In this document: positions 55,651 through 62,928 of the stretch, piece by piece
How the letters are laid out: each line of letters starts with the position of its first letter
Position numbering within the stretch: position 1 is the first letter of the stretch
DNA from: a virus
DNA length: 64,000 bases
Reading direction: 5' to 3' (one strand)
IMG/VR virus record: IMGVR_UViG_3300045988_146982
Span: 1-64,000 of that record
The notes under the pieces: model-generated
Database searches by the model: none
What the model was told of the DNA's origin: nothing
The model's input: only the letters and a program-made list of their open reading frames with translations
Translations under genes and position numbers: made by a program

Positions 55651-56511
55651 TTATTCCATATAAGCCATTGAAAACTCTTTCGGAATAAACCGCCCGACCG
55701 GGATAGGTTTAGCAGATTCAATGGCTGTATGGATTTCCCTCTTTCTGAACTCATGTCCCTTTTCTTTGGCTTGTATCTCACATTCTTCCTCTTTGTTTTT
55801 GAGATAGTGGGTAATAAGCATCATCGCTCTGTCAACGTTGAAGGTGTTCACGACAAAAGTCTGAACTCTTTCGTCTTCATTCTCCCCTTCCGTGAATGTG
55901 ATTTTCGTCTCAATCTGATAGAATTTCTTTTCATTGGGCTTGGAATCTCCCTCTTCTTCATCTTCTTCCGTTACAGAATCGTTTAAAAGGAATGTATCTT
56001 TTAATTCTTCGAGGGTGGCATCATCTATCTTGCGTTCTTTCAAATTGTCAGTAAGAATCACGCAAGAATCGAATTCCTTGACCATTGTCAAGGTGAATCC
56101 GAACATATAGTTTAGTTCGATGTAATCTTTCAAGATACTACAAGAATTCTCCAATCCGGTGGCATACAGCAGGAACTTATGTTTCTTGTCCCCTATTTGT
56201 GCCTGTGCAAGATAGGGATATAAGAATTTGTTCTCGTTCTCGAATGCCAAGCGGTTCTGGTTGCTGACTTCCACTTCCTTGATGCCGTCAGCTTCCATAC
56301 TGAAACGAATTTTCGCCAAAATGTCTTGGTCTATCAGCGTGCCACGGTCAAAAAGAATCTCATTCCGTTCGATGGTTACTGTTTCACCTGTATCTTCATC
56401 AATGAAAGACTCCTCCCATGTTTTGAGGACACGTTTTGCAAGGTACATGTTGAGCATCTTTTTCGGGTCAGATGTCACATACCTGATTTCTGTTTTTCTT
56501 GTTTCTATCAT
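55651..56511 (-). CDS. hypothetical protein
   Basis: 286-aa acidic ORF. Confidence 0.6.
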   Translation of the reverse strand: MIETRKTEIRYVTSDPKKMLNMYLAKRVLKTWEESFIDEDTGETVTIERNEILFDRGTLIDQDILAKIRFSMEADGIKEVEVSNQNRLAFENENKFLYPYLAQAQIGDKKHKFLLYATGLENSCSILKDYIELNYMFGFTLTMVKEFDSCVILTDNLKERKIDDATLEELKDTFLLNDSVTEEDEEEGDSKPNEKKFYQIETKITFTEGENEDERVQTFVVNTFNVDRAMMLITHYLKNKEEECEIQAKEKGHEFRKREIHTAIESAKPIPVGRFIPKEFSMAYME

Positions 56512-56513
56512 AA

Positions 56514-56951
56514 CTAAATAAATTCTTGATTTCTTTGTATTTCCTGCTGGGCGTATATCAGCATTTGATGTTCATTTGCAGCCGGCAGATAGATCCCTGC
56601 CACTGATGCACTCCAGTTACGAAAACGGTCAATACTCAAAGTCATTTCACCTGTTGTCAGCTCGGCAGAACTTCTTAAGTAAGTTACTTCCTTACCTTTC
56701 TTGTTGACCGTCTTTCTCTCAAACAAATCACGGTTGCAAGTCCTCTTATAAAAATCAATTTTTGCTTCGTCGAGACTGCAACCGTACTCACTACCGAAAT
56801 ACCCTAAAAGAAGATGCAAGTAGCTGTTTTGGGCAAGCGTGCGGTTAGGTAGTTTCTTTTTCACTTCCACCACCGCACGCTCACTAAACAGCTTGTTTAC
56901 ATACTCCTTGAACTTGGGTATTTGATATTCATTTTTCAAGTCGAACAACAT
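56514..56951 (-). CDS. NinB/Orf-like recombination mediator (tentative)
   Basis: RTLAQNSYLHLLLGYF resembles the NinB R-S-x-x-Q-N motif. Confidence 0.4.
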   Translation of the reverse strand: MLFDLKNEYQIPKFKEYVNKLFSERAVVEVKKKLPNRTLAQNSYLHLLLGYFGSEYGCSLDEAKIDFYKRTCNRDLFERKTVNKKGKEVTYLRSSAELTTGEMTLSIDRFRNWSASVAGIYLPAANEHQMLIYAQQEIQRNQEFI

Positions 56952-56954
56952 ACG

Positions 56955-57395
56955 CTAAAATGGTAGTGCATCATTATTCCCCTGTGATGGTGGGAAATTC
57001 TGCGGATGTTGCTGATAGGTCGGTTGTAAAGAAGATTGTGCCACTGGCTGCTGAATTGGCACAGATGGTTGCTGTGTCAGCTTTGGTTCAATTCGATAGG
57101 GTTGAACACGAGTGAAGATTTGCTCCACACCGTCCTTGTTACGGTATCTCGTACCTTGCACATCAAAAGAGATAGTGACTATTTGCCCGATTTGGTATCT
57201 GTCAAGCTCAGCGCATCTGTCACCAATGAACTCCAACATAGGGGTGTTCTCAAAACCACGCTCACCTGTATAAGGGTCAAAGCGTGTACAATCTATTACA
57301 ATACCTCTCTTTATAATAGTCTTGGTGCCGTCTTTAGAAGGTATCTGTTGCGAAGGATAGATGTAAATAATCTTTCCTGTTAATGTATTTGCCAT
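56955..57395 (-). CDS. ssb: single-stranded DNA-binding protein (DUF3127-like OB fold)
   Basis: OB-like N-terminal domain, Q/P-rich linker and SSB-type C-terminal tip NDALPF. Confidence 0.6.
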   Translation of the reverse strand: MANTLTGKIIYIYPSQQIPSKDGTKTIIKRGIVIDCTRFDPYTGERGFENTPMLEFIGDRCAELDRYQIGQIVTISFDVQGTRYRNKDGVEQIFTRVQPYRIEPKLTQQPSVPIQQPVAQSSLQPTYQQHPQNFPPSQGNNDALPF

Positions 57396-57397
57396 AA

Positions 57398-58018
57398 TTA
57401 TTTAGTATAAAAGTCTTTAATCTGCTGAAATATGAAACCTCTCTCTCTTATTTTAGAGATAGCTTTTTCGTCACGAGTGATTCTTACTTTACAATACTCA
57501 TTGGACTTGATTACCCTATTCCAATTATAATCATCATCATAGGATGTGACAGAGAGAAAAACAAGATTGCAACTTTCCAGCCTTGTACAGTAAAGTTGTT
57601 CCTGCACTTGGTTGTAGTAAGACTTGTGTTTCTTCTTTACATAATCAACAAGGGAATTATTGTCATGCTTGATAGGTTCAATAAATTCAAGATAATCAGA
57701 AAACGCAAGAGTTTTCAGCTCATCGAAATCTACGAGTTTCCCCTTTTCGATTTTTGCGAAATCCAAACTACACTTAAACACATCCATTTCCTCTGACTTC
57801 ACGACATATTGCGTGAAATAATTATCAGGCAATGTAAGAAGGTATCTGTTCTCAAGAATAGCACCTGTACGTAGAGCGTCTATTGGACTTGCATAAGCGT
57901 TATAATTAGGTTTTACACCGCTGACAAAACGCTGCATTAATGATGAATGGGACTTGGTTTCTTTCCCACTCATCAAAGCGTGGACATCACCACTGCCAAT
58001 GTACATTGTTTCTATCAT
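57398..58018 (-). CDS. YqaJ-like PD-(D/E)XK recombination exonuclease
   Basis: SLDFAKI...VDFDELKT (D...D/E-x-K) and YYNQVQEQLY; coupled to ERF. Confidence 0.6.
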   Translation of the reverse strand: MIETMYIGSGDVHALMSGKETKSHSSLMQRFVSGVKPNYNAYASPIDALRTGAILENRYLLTLPDNYFTQYVVKSEEMDVFKCSLDFAKIEKGKLVDFDELKTLAFSDYLEFIEPIKHDNNSLVDYVKKKHKSYYNQVQEQLYCTRLESCNLVFLSVTSYDDDYNWNRVIKSNEYCKVRITRDEKAISKIRERGFIFQQIKDFYTK

Positions 58019-58635
58019 ATCTTACCTTTCTTTTTTAGGTTATTGTAAGCCATCTTAAACTGCTCAACATTCATATCGTCCGAGCTTCCTACATTGAAAT
58101 AAGAAAGGATATTTTGTGTAAATGCGTTGTCAAGCATCATATAGTTTACAACGGCATTCTTGATTTCATCGACTGTTATAGGTGTTTGTTCCTTTGATTT
58201 ATTCTCATCAGGGTCTTCACCTGTTGCAATCTTGTAAGCGTTCAGAAGGGCATATTTTCTCGCATAAGTCGAAGCTTTACCAAACCCCTTGTCACCGGGG
58301 TCAAGTCCACGACCAAAACTTTCAACATCTACAAACTCCTCAGTCTTTTCAAGATTGATGATACGGAGCGTCATTTTCACTATGTCCATGTATTGTATGG
58401 ATTCACCCCCACCTTCTTTCATCACCTTAATAATTTCTGATTTTACGAGTTCCTGCCTGATAGGGATACTGACAAGCCCGAATTTCGTTTCGGCTGTCTT
58501 AACTTCAAGAGTAACATCAATATCCTGCACCGCTTTATAAGCATAATTTCCTTTGCCCACGGTCATGTTTTTTTCGATATTCTTTATTTCGTTGGAAACA
58601 GCCTGTATCTTCTGATACAAATTCAGTTCACTCAT
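58015..58635 (-). CDS. ERF-family single-strand annealing protein
   Basis: LYQKIQAVSNEIKNIEKN...YAYKAV and GKASTYARKYALLNAYKI match the ERF pattern. Confidence 0.7.
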   Translation of the reverse strand: MSELNLYQKIQAVSNEIKNIEKNMTVGKGNYAYKAVQDIDVTLEVKTAETKFGLVSIPIRQELVKSEIIKVMKEGGGESIQYMDIVKMTLRIINLEKTEEFVDVESFGRGLDPGDKGFGKASTYARKYALLNAYKIATGEDPDENKSKEQTPITVDEIKNAVVNYMMLDNAFTQNILSYFNVGSSDDMNVEQFKMAYNNLKKKGKI

Positions 58636-58657
58636 ATCGTAAAATTTAAAGGGTTAA

Positions 58658-58885
58658 TTATATTCTTTGTTCTTTAGAATCAATAGCATAAAGAAGCACA
58701 TCACAAGCATTGATAGCATAAGGAGACATCCGTGTAGTACCCATTTTTTCGGCTCGTATTTTCTTTTCTGCTATCAGCTTTTCAAGTCTGTAACGACCAC
58801 CGACAAACTCTTTTGCCTGTTCTTTATTGAGAGAAACTCTGCTACCTATTCGATAGAGAGTATTCAGCTTAGTCTCTGCATTCAT
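58658..58885 (-). CDS. hypothetical protein
   Basis: 75-aa ORF, 4-nt overlap with the upstream gene. Confidence 0.5.
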   Translation of the reverse strand: MNAETKLNTLYRIGSRVSLNKEQAKEFVGGRYRLEKLIAEKKIRAEKMGTTRMSPYAINACDVLLYAIDSKEQRI

Positions 58886-59244
58886 TCCGTCCTCCTTATT
58901 CTTTCAATTCGTCCTACTCTTGTTTCTCTTCCTCTTCTCATCTCGCCCTGTTCGTGATAAAGCGATAGAGAAAATACACACAATAAGCAACATGCAACAG
59001 ACGCACGAACAGTCGGTGAAAAATCCATTGTAAGTTTCACACCAGCTATTCGTTCGTAAAGCATGGTAGCAAGTTCTCTTCCATTTCTTACATGAAGAAT
59101 TTCAAAAGCCTTCTGCAACTGGTTGTTTATCGTACTCACAGCCCTGCATTTCAAATCGGCTATCTCCTTCTTCTCATACCCTTGTGCATACATTCGTGCC
59201 GTAATCTCGCATTCAGGTGTAAGTTCGTTAAAAACTCTCTTCAT
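58882..59244 (-). CDS. LuxR/GerE-type HTH regulator with C-terminal hydrophobic segment
   Basis: YEKKEIADLKCRAVSTINNQLQKAFEILHV is HTH-like; start ATG 59244 has the ACACGATTATG context. Confidence 0.55.
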   Translation of the reverse strand: MKRVFNELTPECEITARMYAQGYEKKEIADLKCRAVSTINNQLQKAFEILHVRNGRELATMLYERIAGVKLTMDFSPTVRASVACCLLCVFSLSLYHEQGEMRRGRETRVGRIERIRRTE

Positions 59245-59263
59245 AATCGTGTAAGACGGCTGA

Positions 59264-59491
59264 TTAATAATTGCGGACAACCTCAATATATCCGGCTTCC
59301 CTGTTAGTGTCCACCGAATACAAAGTTTGCTCCTTGTCTATTATCCGGTCAATCCTTGCCAGCCTGTTAAGGTCAGCGGTACACCTGCGAAGCTGTCCAG
59401 CAAGCCTGTCGCTAAAGTCAAAACTGATTCTGTCATTCTTCTTTTTCAGCTTTTTCTTGATTTCTGTCCTTTCTTTCAGTTCTTTTGCCAT
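59264..59491 (-). CDS. hypothetical basic protein
   Basis: 75-aa ORF. Confidence 0.5.
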   Translation of the reverse strand: MAKELKERTEIKKKLKKKNDRISFDFSDRLAGQLRRCTADLNRLARIDRIIDKEQTLYSVDTNREAGYIEVVRNY

Positions 59492-59517
59492 AAAAATAAA
59501 ATTTAATTAATGATTCG

Positions 59518-59599
59518 TGGATGGTAAGGGAATCGACCCCCTCTCAATCATGCCAATTGGTTGCGCAACACGAAGCTCTAACCGATAAGCTAACCATCC
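59518..59599 (-). ncRNA. 82-nt tRNA-like gene with no foldable anticodon arm
   Basis: GGATGGT-TA-GCTT-ATCGGTTA-GAGC-[32 nt]-AGGGG-GTCGATT-CCCTT-ACCATCC-A. Confidence 0.5.
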
Positions 59600-59674
59600 T
59601 TTTTTTTAAAAAAAGGTGCACTATCCTCACGGACGGCACACCCAGTACAAACAAAAAAAATAAAACACGAATAT

Positions 59675-59860
59675 CTAATCTATTATCAGAACAATGCTTT
59701 TAACCGCATTCTTGAAATGTTCAAACTTCTGTTGCAAATCACTCCAAGATTTATACCATGCTTTTTTTTCTTCAGCTAATTTCTCGTTAGCCTCTTCCAG
59801 TTCTTGCACACGCCTTACTAAATCTTCTTGCGTCATGCCTCTTAATTCTTCCACTGTCAT
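59675..59860 (-). CDS. small coiled-coil protein (61 aa)
   Basis: ORF 59675..59971; ATG 59860 (MTVEELRG) has the TACGATTATG context; the upstream part of the ORF is the tRNA-like gene. Confidence 0.55.
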   Translation of the reverse strand: MTVEELRGMTQEDLVRRVQELEEANEKLAEEKKAWYKSWSDLQQKFEHFKNAVKSIVLIID

Positions 59861-59882
59861 AATCGTATAATTTAAAGTGTAG

Positions 59883-59991
59883 TCCGAAAGGCAGGAATCG
59901 AACCTGCTTCTTGTGGGGTAATGAGACCTATATATATAAAGAATATGATTATTATTAAATACCACATACATTCCAATAATGCTACTTTCGG
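59883..59991 (-). ncRNA. 109-nt tRNA-like gene with a 45-nt AT-rich insert in the anticodon loop
   Basis: CCGAAAG-TA-GCAT-TATTGGA-ATGT-A-TGTGG-[45 nt incl. CTCATTA]-CCACA-AGAA-GCAGG-TTCGATT-CCTGC-CTTTCGG-A. Confidence 0.55.
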
Positions 59992-60063
59992 ATGATTACT
60001 GCCCGGCTGGTTTGCATGGCTATTGTGCACTTATACCCATGCGCCTTGTGCCGGATTATAGGA

Positions 60064-60252
60064 CTACCTTTTAGCGGTCTGTTTAAGTTCTCTATAAGTT
60101 ATCCTCATGAGCGACACACACCCTACACATATAACACTCATTATAGTGATAGAGAATATTTTCATAGGACTGTAAGTAGTAATAGCCCCGTAAAGCATAC
60201 CGACAGCACATATACTAACCAATATAGATAAAACGAATTGGATTGTTTTCAT
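60064..60252 (-). CDS. small two-TM membrane protein
   Basis: 62 aa, two hydrophobic segments; TACGATTATG context. Confidence 0.55.
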   Translation of the reverse strand: MKTIQFVLSILVSICAVGMLYGAITTYSPMKIFSITIMSVICVGCVSLMRITYRELKQTAKR

Positions 60253-60603
60253 AATCGTATAAATTTAAATAAGTACCTGTACCCTAATCGAATAGCAGAA
60301 CCTTATTTCAGTTCAGTACAGGCTATATTGTCGAAAACAGTACGGACGCCTAACCCGTATGCTCACTGCTCAAAGACGATTCTTTGCGGTGTTTTCTATT
60401 AATTGTTAAACATTGCACAGCTCACAAGCCCCAACTTGCTTATGTGCGTTCGTTATCTTTGGTTGGCAAAAACGGCTTATGACTTACACCGTAATTGCTT
60501 TTACAGAATTTCAAAGAACTAATCAATAGTACCCTACCCGATTCTCGCTATCGGTTGCCGTTCAATCCGTCCGTAGGGCTGTCGTGCGTTGCATAATCGT
60601 GTA
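60253..60603 (-). ncRNA. 351-nt ORF-free structured region in the early operon (ncRNA or origin candidate)
   Basis: No ORF over 10 codons behind its ACACGATTATG; nested stems CCCTAC...[CCGAT-7 nt-ATCGG]...GTAGGG at 60532-60578. Confidence 0.35.
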
Positions 60604-60855
60604 TTATGCGTATCGGCTGATACCTTGTACCCGGCATAGAGCATCGTAATCCATGCCATCATCTTCACAAGTTTCAAAACCTTTTAAGGCATCTTCCAAA
60701 CTGTCTATCTCATCCGTTATCAACTGGATAACTTCTTTTTTGCTATCAGCATTGAACATCAGGCAAACAGTCCTTTCATCGTTGTTATGGGCTGCCTCTA
60801 AATCTTTATAGAGGCCATCCAACTGCTGGTTAATCGTGTAAGCATTCATATCCAT
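60604..60855 (-). CDS. hypothetical acidic protein
   Basis: 83-aa ORF. Confidence 0.55.
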   Translation of the reverse strand: MDMNAYTINQQLDGLYKDLEAAHNNDERTVCLMFNADSKKEVIQLITDEIDSLEDALKGFETCEDDGMDYDALCRVQGISRYA

Positions 60856-60860
60856 ATCTT

Positions 60861-61187
60861 TTATGCGATTGACATCAGATTAGCTTTTTTGAAGCATCTG
60901 AATTCTTGGCGTTCAGTATCATAGTAAGTCTGGACGGTATCATTCTTCTTTCTATTATCAGTACCAGTGATGGCAGGCATCAGCTTTTCATTTAGTGTAC
61001 CGTATGCCTCACGAACAGAACCGTCCACTTTTTTGAAGTAGAACTTCACTATCTTCTTCTTCATCTCACCTTTCAGTTTCAAATTAGCCCAAGCGACCTT
61101 CATTGCTTCGCTCATGGTGTAGCCATTACGCTTAACGAACTGCCAAGCAAGGCTCATTACTTCGTGTAAAAATTCTCTTGTTCTCAT
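60861..61187 (-). CDS. conserved early protein, paralog of 27469..27798
   Basis: First gene of the leftward early operon; see the paralog entry. Confidence 0.7.
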   Translation of the reverse strand: MRTREFLHEVMSLAWQFVKRNGYTMSEAMKVAWANLKLKGEMKKKIVKFYFKKVDGSVREAYGTLNEKLMPAITGTDNRKKNDTVQTYYDTERQEFRCFKKANLMSIA

Positions 61188-61205
61188 AATCGTGTATTTT
61201 AATAT

Positions 61206-61219
61206 GTTTATACTATTTG
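61206..61219. repeat. operator-like repeat, copy 4 (core TGTTTATACTATTT)
   Basis: Exact 14-mer shared with 27178-27191, in the 5' leader of 60861..61187. Confidence 0.6.
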
Positions 61220-61267
61220 AAATCTGAATTAATCTTCGTTTCTTTGTATCAGTTTAATTTGATAATG

Positions 61268-61275
61268 CAAAGATA
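61268..61275 (-). promoter_or_regulatory. -7 promoter box TATCTTTG (early leftward promoter)
   Basis: Perfect TAnnTTTG ~80 nt upstream of ATG 61187. Confidence 0.6.
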
Positions 61276-61281
61276 CTACTA

Positions 61282-61313
61282 TTTTTCAGTAAAAAGAATC
61301 TAATACTGAAAAA
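61282..61313. promoter_or_regulatory. 10-bp perfect inverted repeat abutting the early promoter (operator candidate)
   Basis: TTTTTCAGTA-12 nt-TACTGAAAAA immediately upstream of the -7 box. Confidence 0.5.
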
Positions 61314-61367
61314 CGGTAGTAAAACAACATTATTTAACTATAAAAGCAGGTTATACCTTATTATAAT

Positions 61368-61946
61368 ATGAAGAAAGAAGACAGAAATAGAAATTGGATA
61401 GCGTGGATAGCACTTGGATTAAGTGTTATTGCGATAGTAATAAGTATTATCGCAATATGCATTTCGTGCCCTCATATACCCGAATTAGGATTTGATTATC
61501 AAGGAATAATAATAGGCGTATTGTCTTTACTGGTAACAATTTTACTGGGATGGCAAATATACAGCGCTATCTATATTAAAGATTCTTTAAGAAAAGAGGT
61601 TTTAAAATCCTCTGCTGAAATGGTTTTACTTGCGAAAAACACTTTGCTTAAATCTCAATTGAACACACTATACGGTTTACACGAAGGCGCTTTGAGGAAT
61701 GGTGATATAAATTATATAATGTCCACACTTGATATTATGATGGACATAGCTATTCAGTTAAAAGACAAAGAAATAGCAGACAGAATTATTTCTAAGATTC
61801 CAAACCTATGGAGTTTATTAACAAAAATGGATTTAATGAAAACTGAAAAGAATAAGTATAACGAACTAAAACAGAGAATAAAGGAATTTTCCACAATAAC
61901 AGAGAATGCTTTTGATATATACGAAAAAACAAACTCTATTGATTAA
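61368..61946 (+). CDS. two-TM membrane protein (superinfection-exclusion candidate)
   Basis: N-terminal TMs WIAWIALGLSVIAIVISIIAICI and IIIGVLSLLVTILLGWQIY; sits in the immunity region. Confidence 0.6.
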   Translation: MKKEDRNRNWIAWIALGLSVIAIVISIIAICISCPHIPELGFDYQGIIIGVLSLLVTILLGWQIYSAIYIKDSLRKEVLKSSAEMVLLAKNTLLKSQLNTLYGLHEGALRNGDINYIMSTLDIMMDIAIQLKDKEIADRIISKIPNLWSLLTKMDLMKTEKNKYNELKQRIKEFSTITENAFDIYEKTNSID

Positions 61947-62114
61947 TAAGTTCTTTGTATAGCAAATCAACTTCTTTATCTCTTTCAGATATACGTTTAT
62001 TATAATAATCGATAGTAGGGGTAATAGCTATCTTTATCCCCTCTATATAAAGAGAAATTATGTTTTTGACGATAATGGAATTTATCATATTATTAAGTAA
62101 AGCGACCAACTCCA

Positions 62115-62195
62115 AAGTTGCGGTTTGAAGTTAAGTCGCCTATATAGTCCCTTACGGGAATAGTTAAACAAATTAGTTGAAATCATCCGCAACTT
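62115..62195. promoter_or_regulatory. 9-bp inverted repeat AAGTTGCGG / CCGCAACTT upstream of the repressor gene
   Basis: 62115-62123 and 62187-62195. Confidence 0.4.
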
Positions 62196-62242
62196 GATTC
62201 CGACACAAATATACTGAAAGATAACAGTAAAATCCAAAAAAG

Positions 62243-62902
62243 ATGAGCACAAAAGAAAGATTTGTTGAATATTTAAAAATCAAAGGGATTGGGCAAACCG
62301 CTTTTGAAGAATCAGCGGGTTTATCTCGTGGAGCCATTGCCAAAAAAACGGGCTTTAATGCAGATTCAATAGAAAAGATAGCGTCTGCTTGCCCTGACCT
62401 TAATATAAATTGGTTAATAACTGGAATTGGCAACATGACAATTAATACCAATTCGTCAATCACTGAAACTCCAACCACGAATAAAGATATTAAAATACTT
62501 GATATACGTGTATGCGCAGGACATGGAATTGGATTTGACGGAAATGAAAACAAGGTTATTGGATATGTGAATATACCAGAATTTACTGGATGCTATGGAA
62601 TAACCGTATATGGTGATTCTATGTACGATATGTATATGTCGGGAGATACAATCTTTGTCCGTGAAATAAAAGACAAACGAAACATAGACAATGGACAGCC
62701 GTATGTGATTATAACAAAAGAAGACAGACTTCTTAAAATGATTCATATCGACTATGAGCGAAAAAAAACAATATTGTCTTCCTACAACAATATAGCTAAT
62801 CCAGATGGGAAAAGAAAATATCCCGATATGGAAATTGACATAGATAATGATGTAATTCATTTATACAAGGTTGTAGGTAAATTAGCGAGAACGCAAATGT
62901 AG
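62243..62902 (+). CDS. cI: CI/LexA-like prophage repressor (HTH plus S24 peptidase domain)
   Basis: N-terminal HTH GIGQTAFEESAGLSRGAIAKK; C-terminal ITVYGDSMYDMYMSGDTIFV (G-D-S-M nucleophile) and LLKM lysine region. Confidence 0.85.
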   Translation: MSTKERFVEYLKIKGIGQTAFEESAGLSRGAIAKKTGFNADSIEKIASACPDLNINWLITGIGNMTINTNSSITETPTTNKDIKILDIRVCAGHGIGFDGNENKVIGYVNIPEFTGCYGITVYGDSMYDMYMSGDTIFVREIKDKRNIDNGQPYVIITKEDRLLKMIHIDYERKKTILSSYNNIANPDGKRKYPDMEIDIDNDVIHLYKVVGKLARTQM

Positions 62903-62928
62903 TTACAATAATAATACTATGAAATTCA

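Noticed and set aside
55456-55781. ORFs 55456..55671 (+) and 55569..55781 (-)
   Set aside because: They overlap the tRNA-like gene and each other and have no coding-like composition. The region is better explained as RNA-coding or intergenic.
59861-59971. N-terminal 37 codons of ORF 59675..59971
   Set aside because: This part is the tRNA-like gene. The internal ATG 59860 carries the conserved TACGATTATG context.
43459-59991. tRNA-like sequences as attP/attB remnants of tRNA-targeted integration
   Set aside because: Integration remnants keep only the 3' part of a tRNA. Here both acceptor strands, the D arm and the T arm are present in each case, and the loci lie deep inside the prophage.
62173-62860. 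Minus-strand ORFs 62173..62553 and 62456..62860
   Set aside because: They are antisense to the clearly recognisable HTH-S24 repressor gene, and their products are hydrophobic low-complexity strings.
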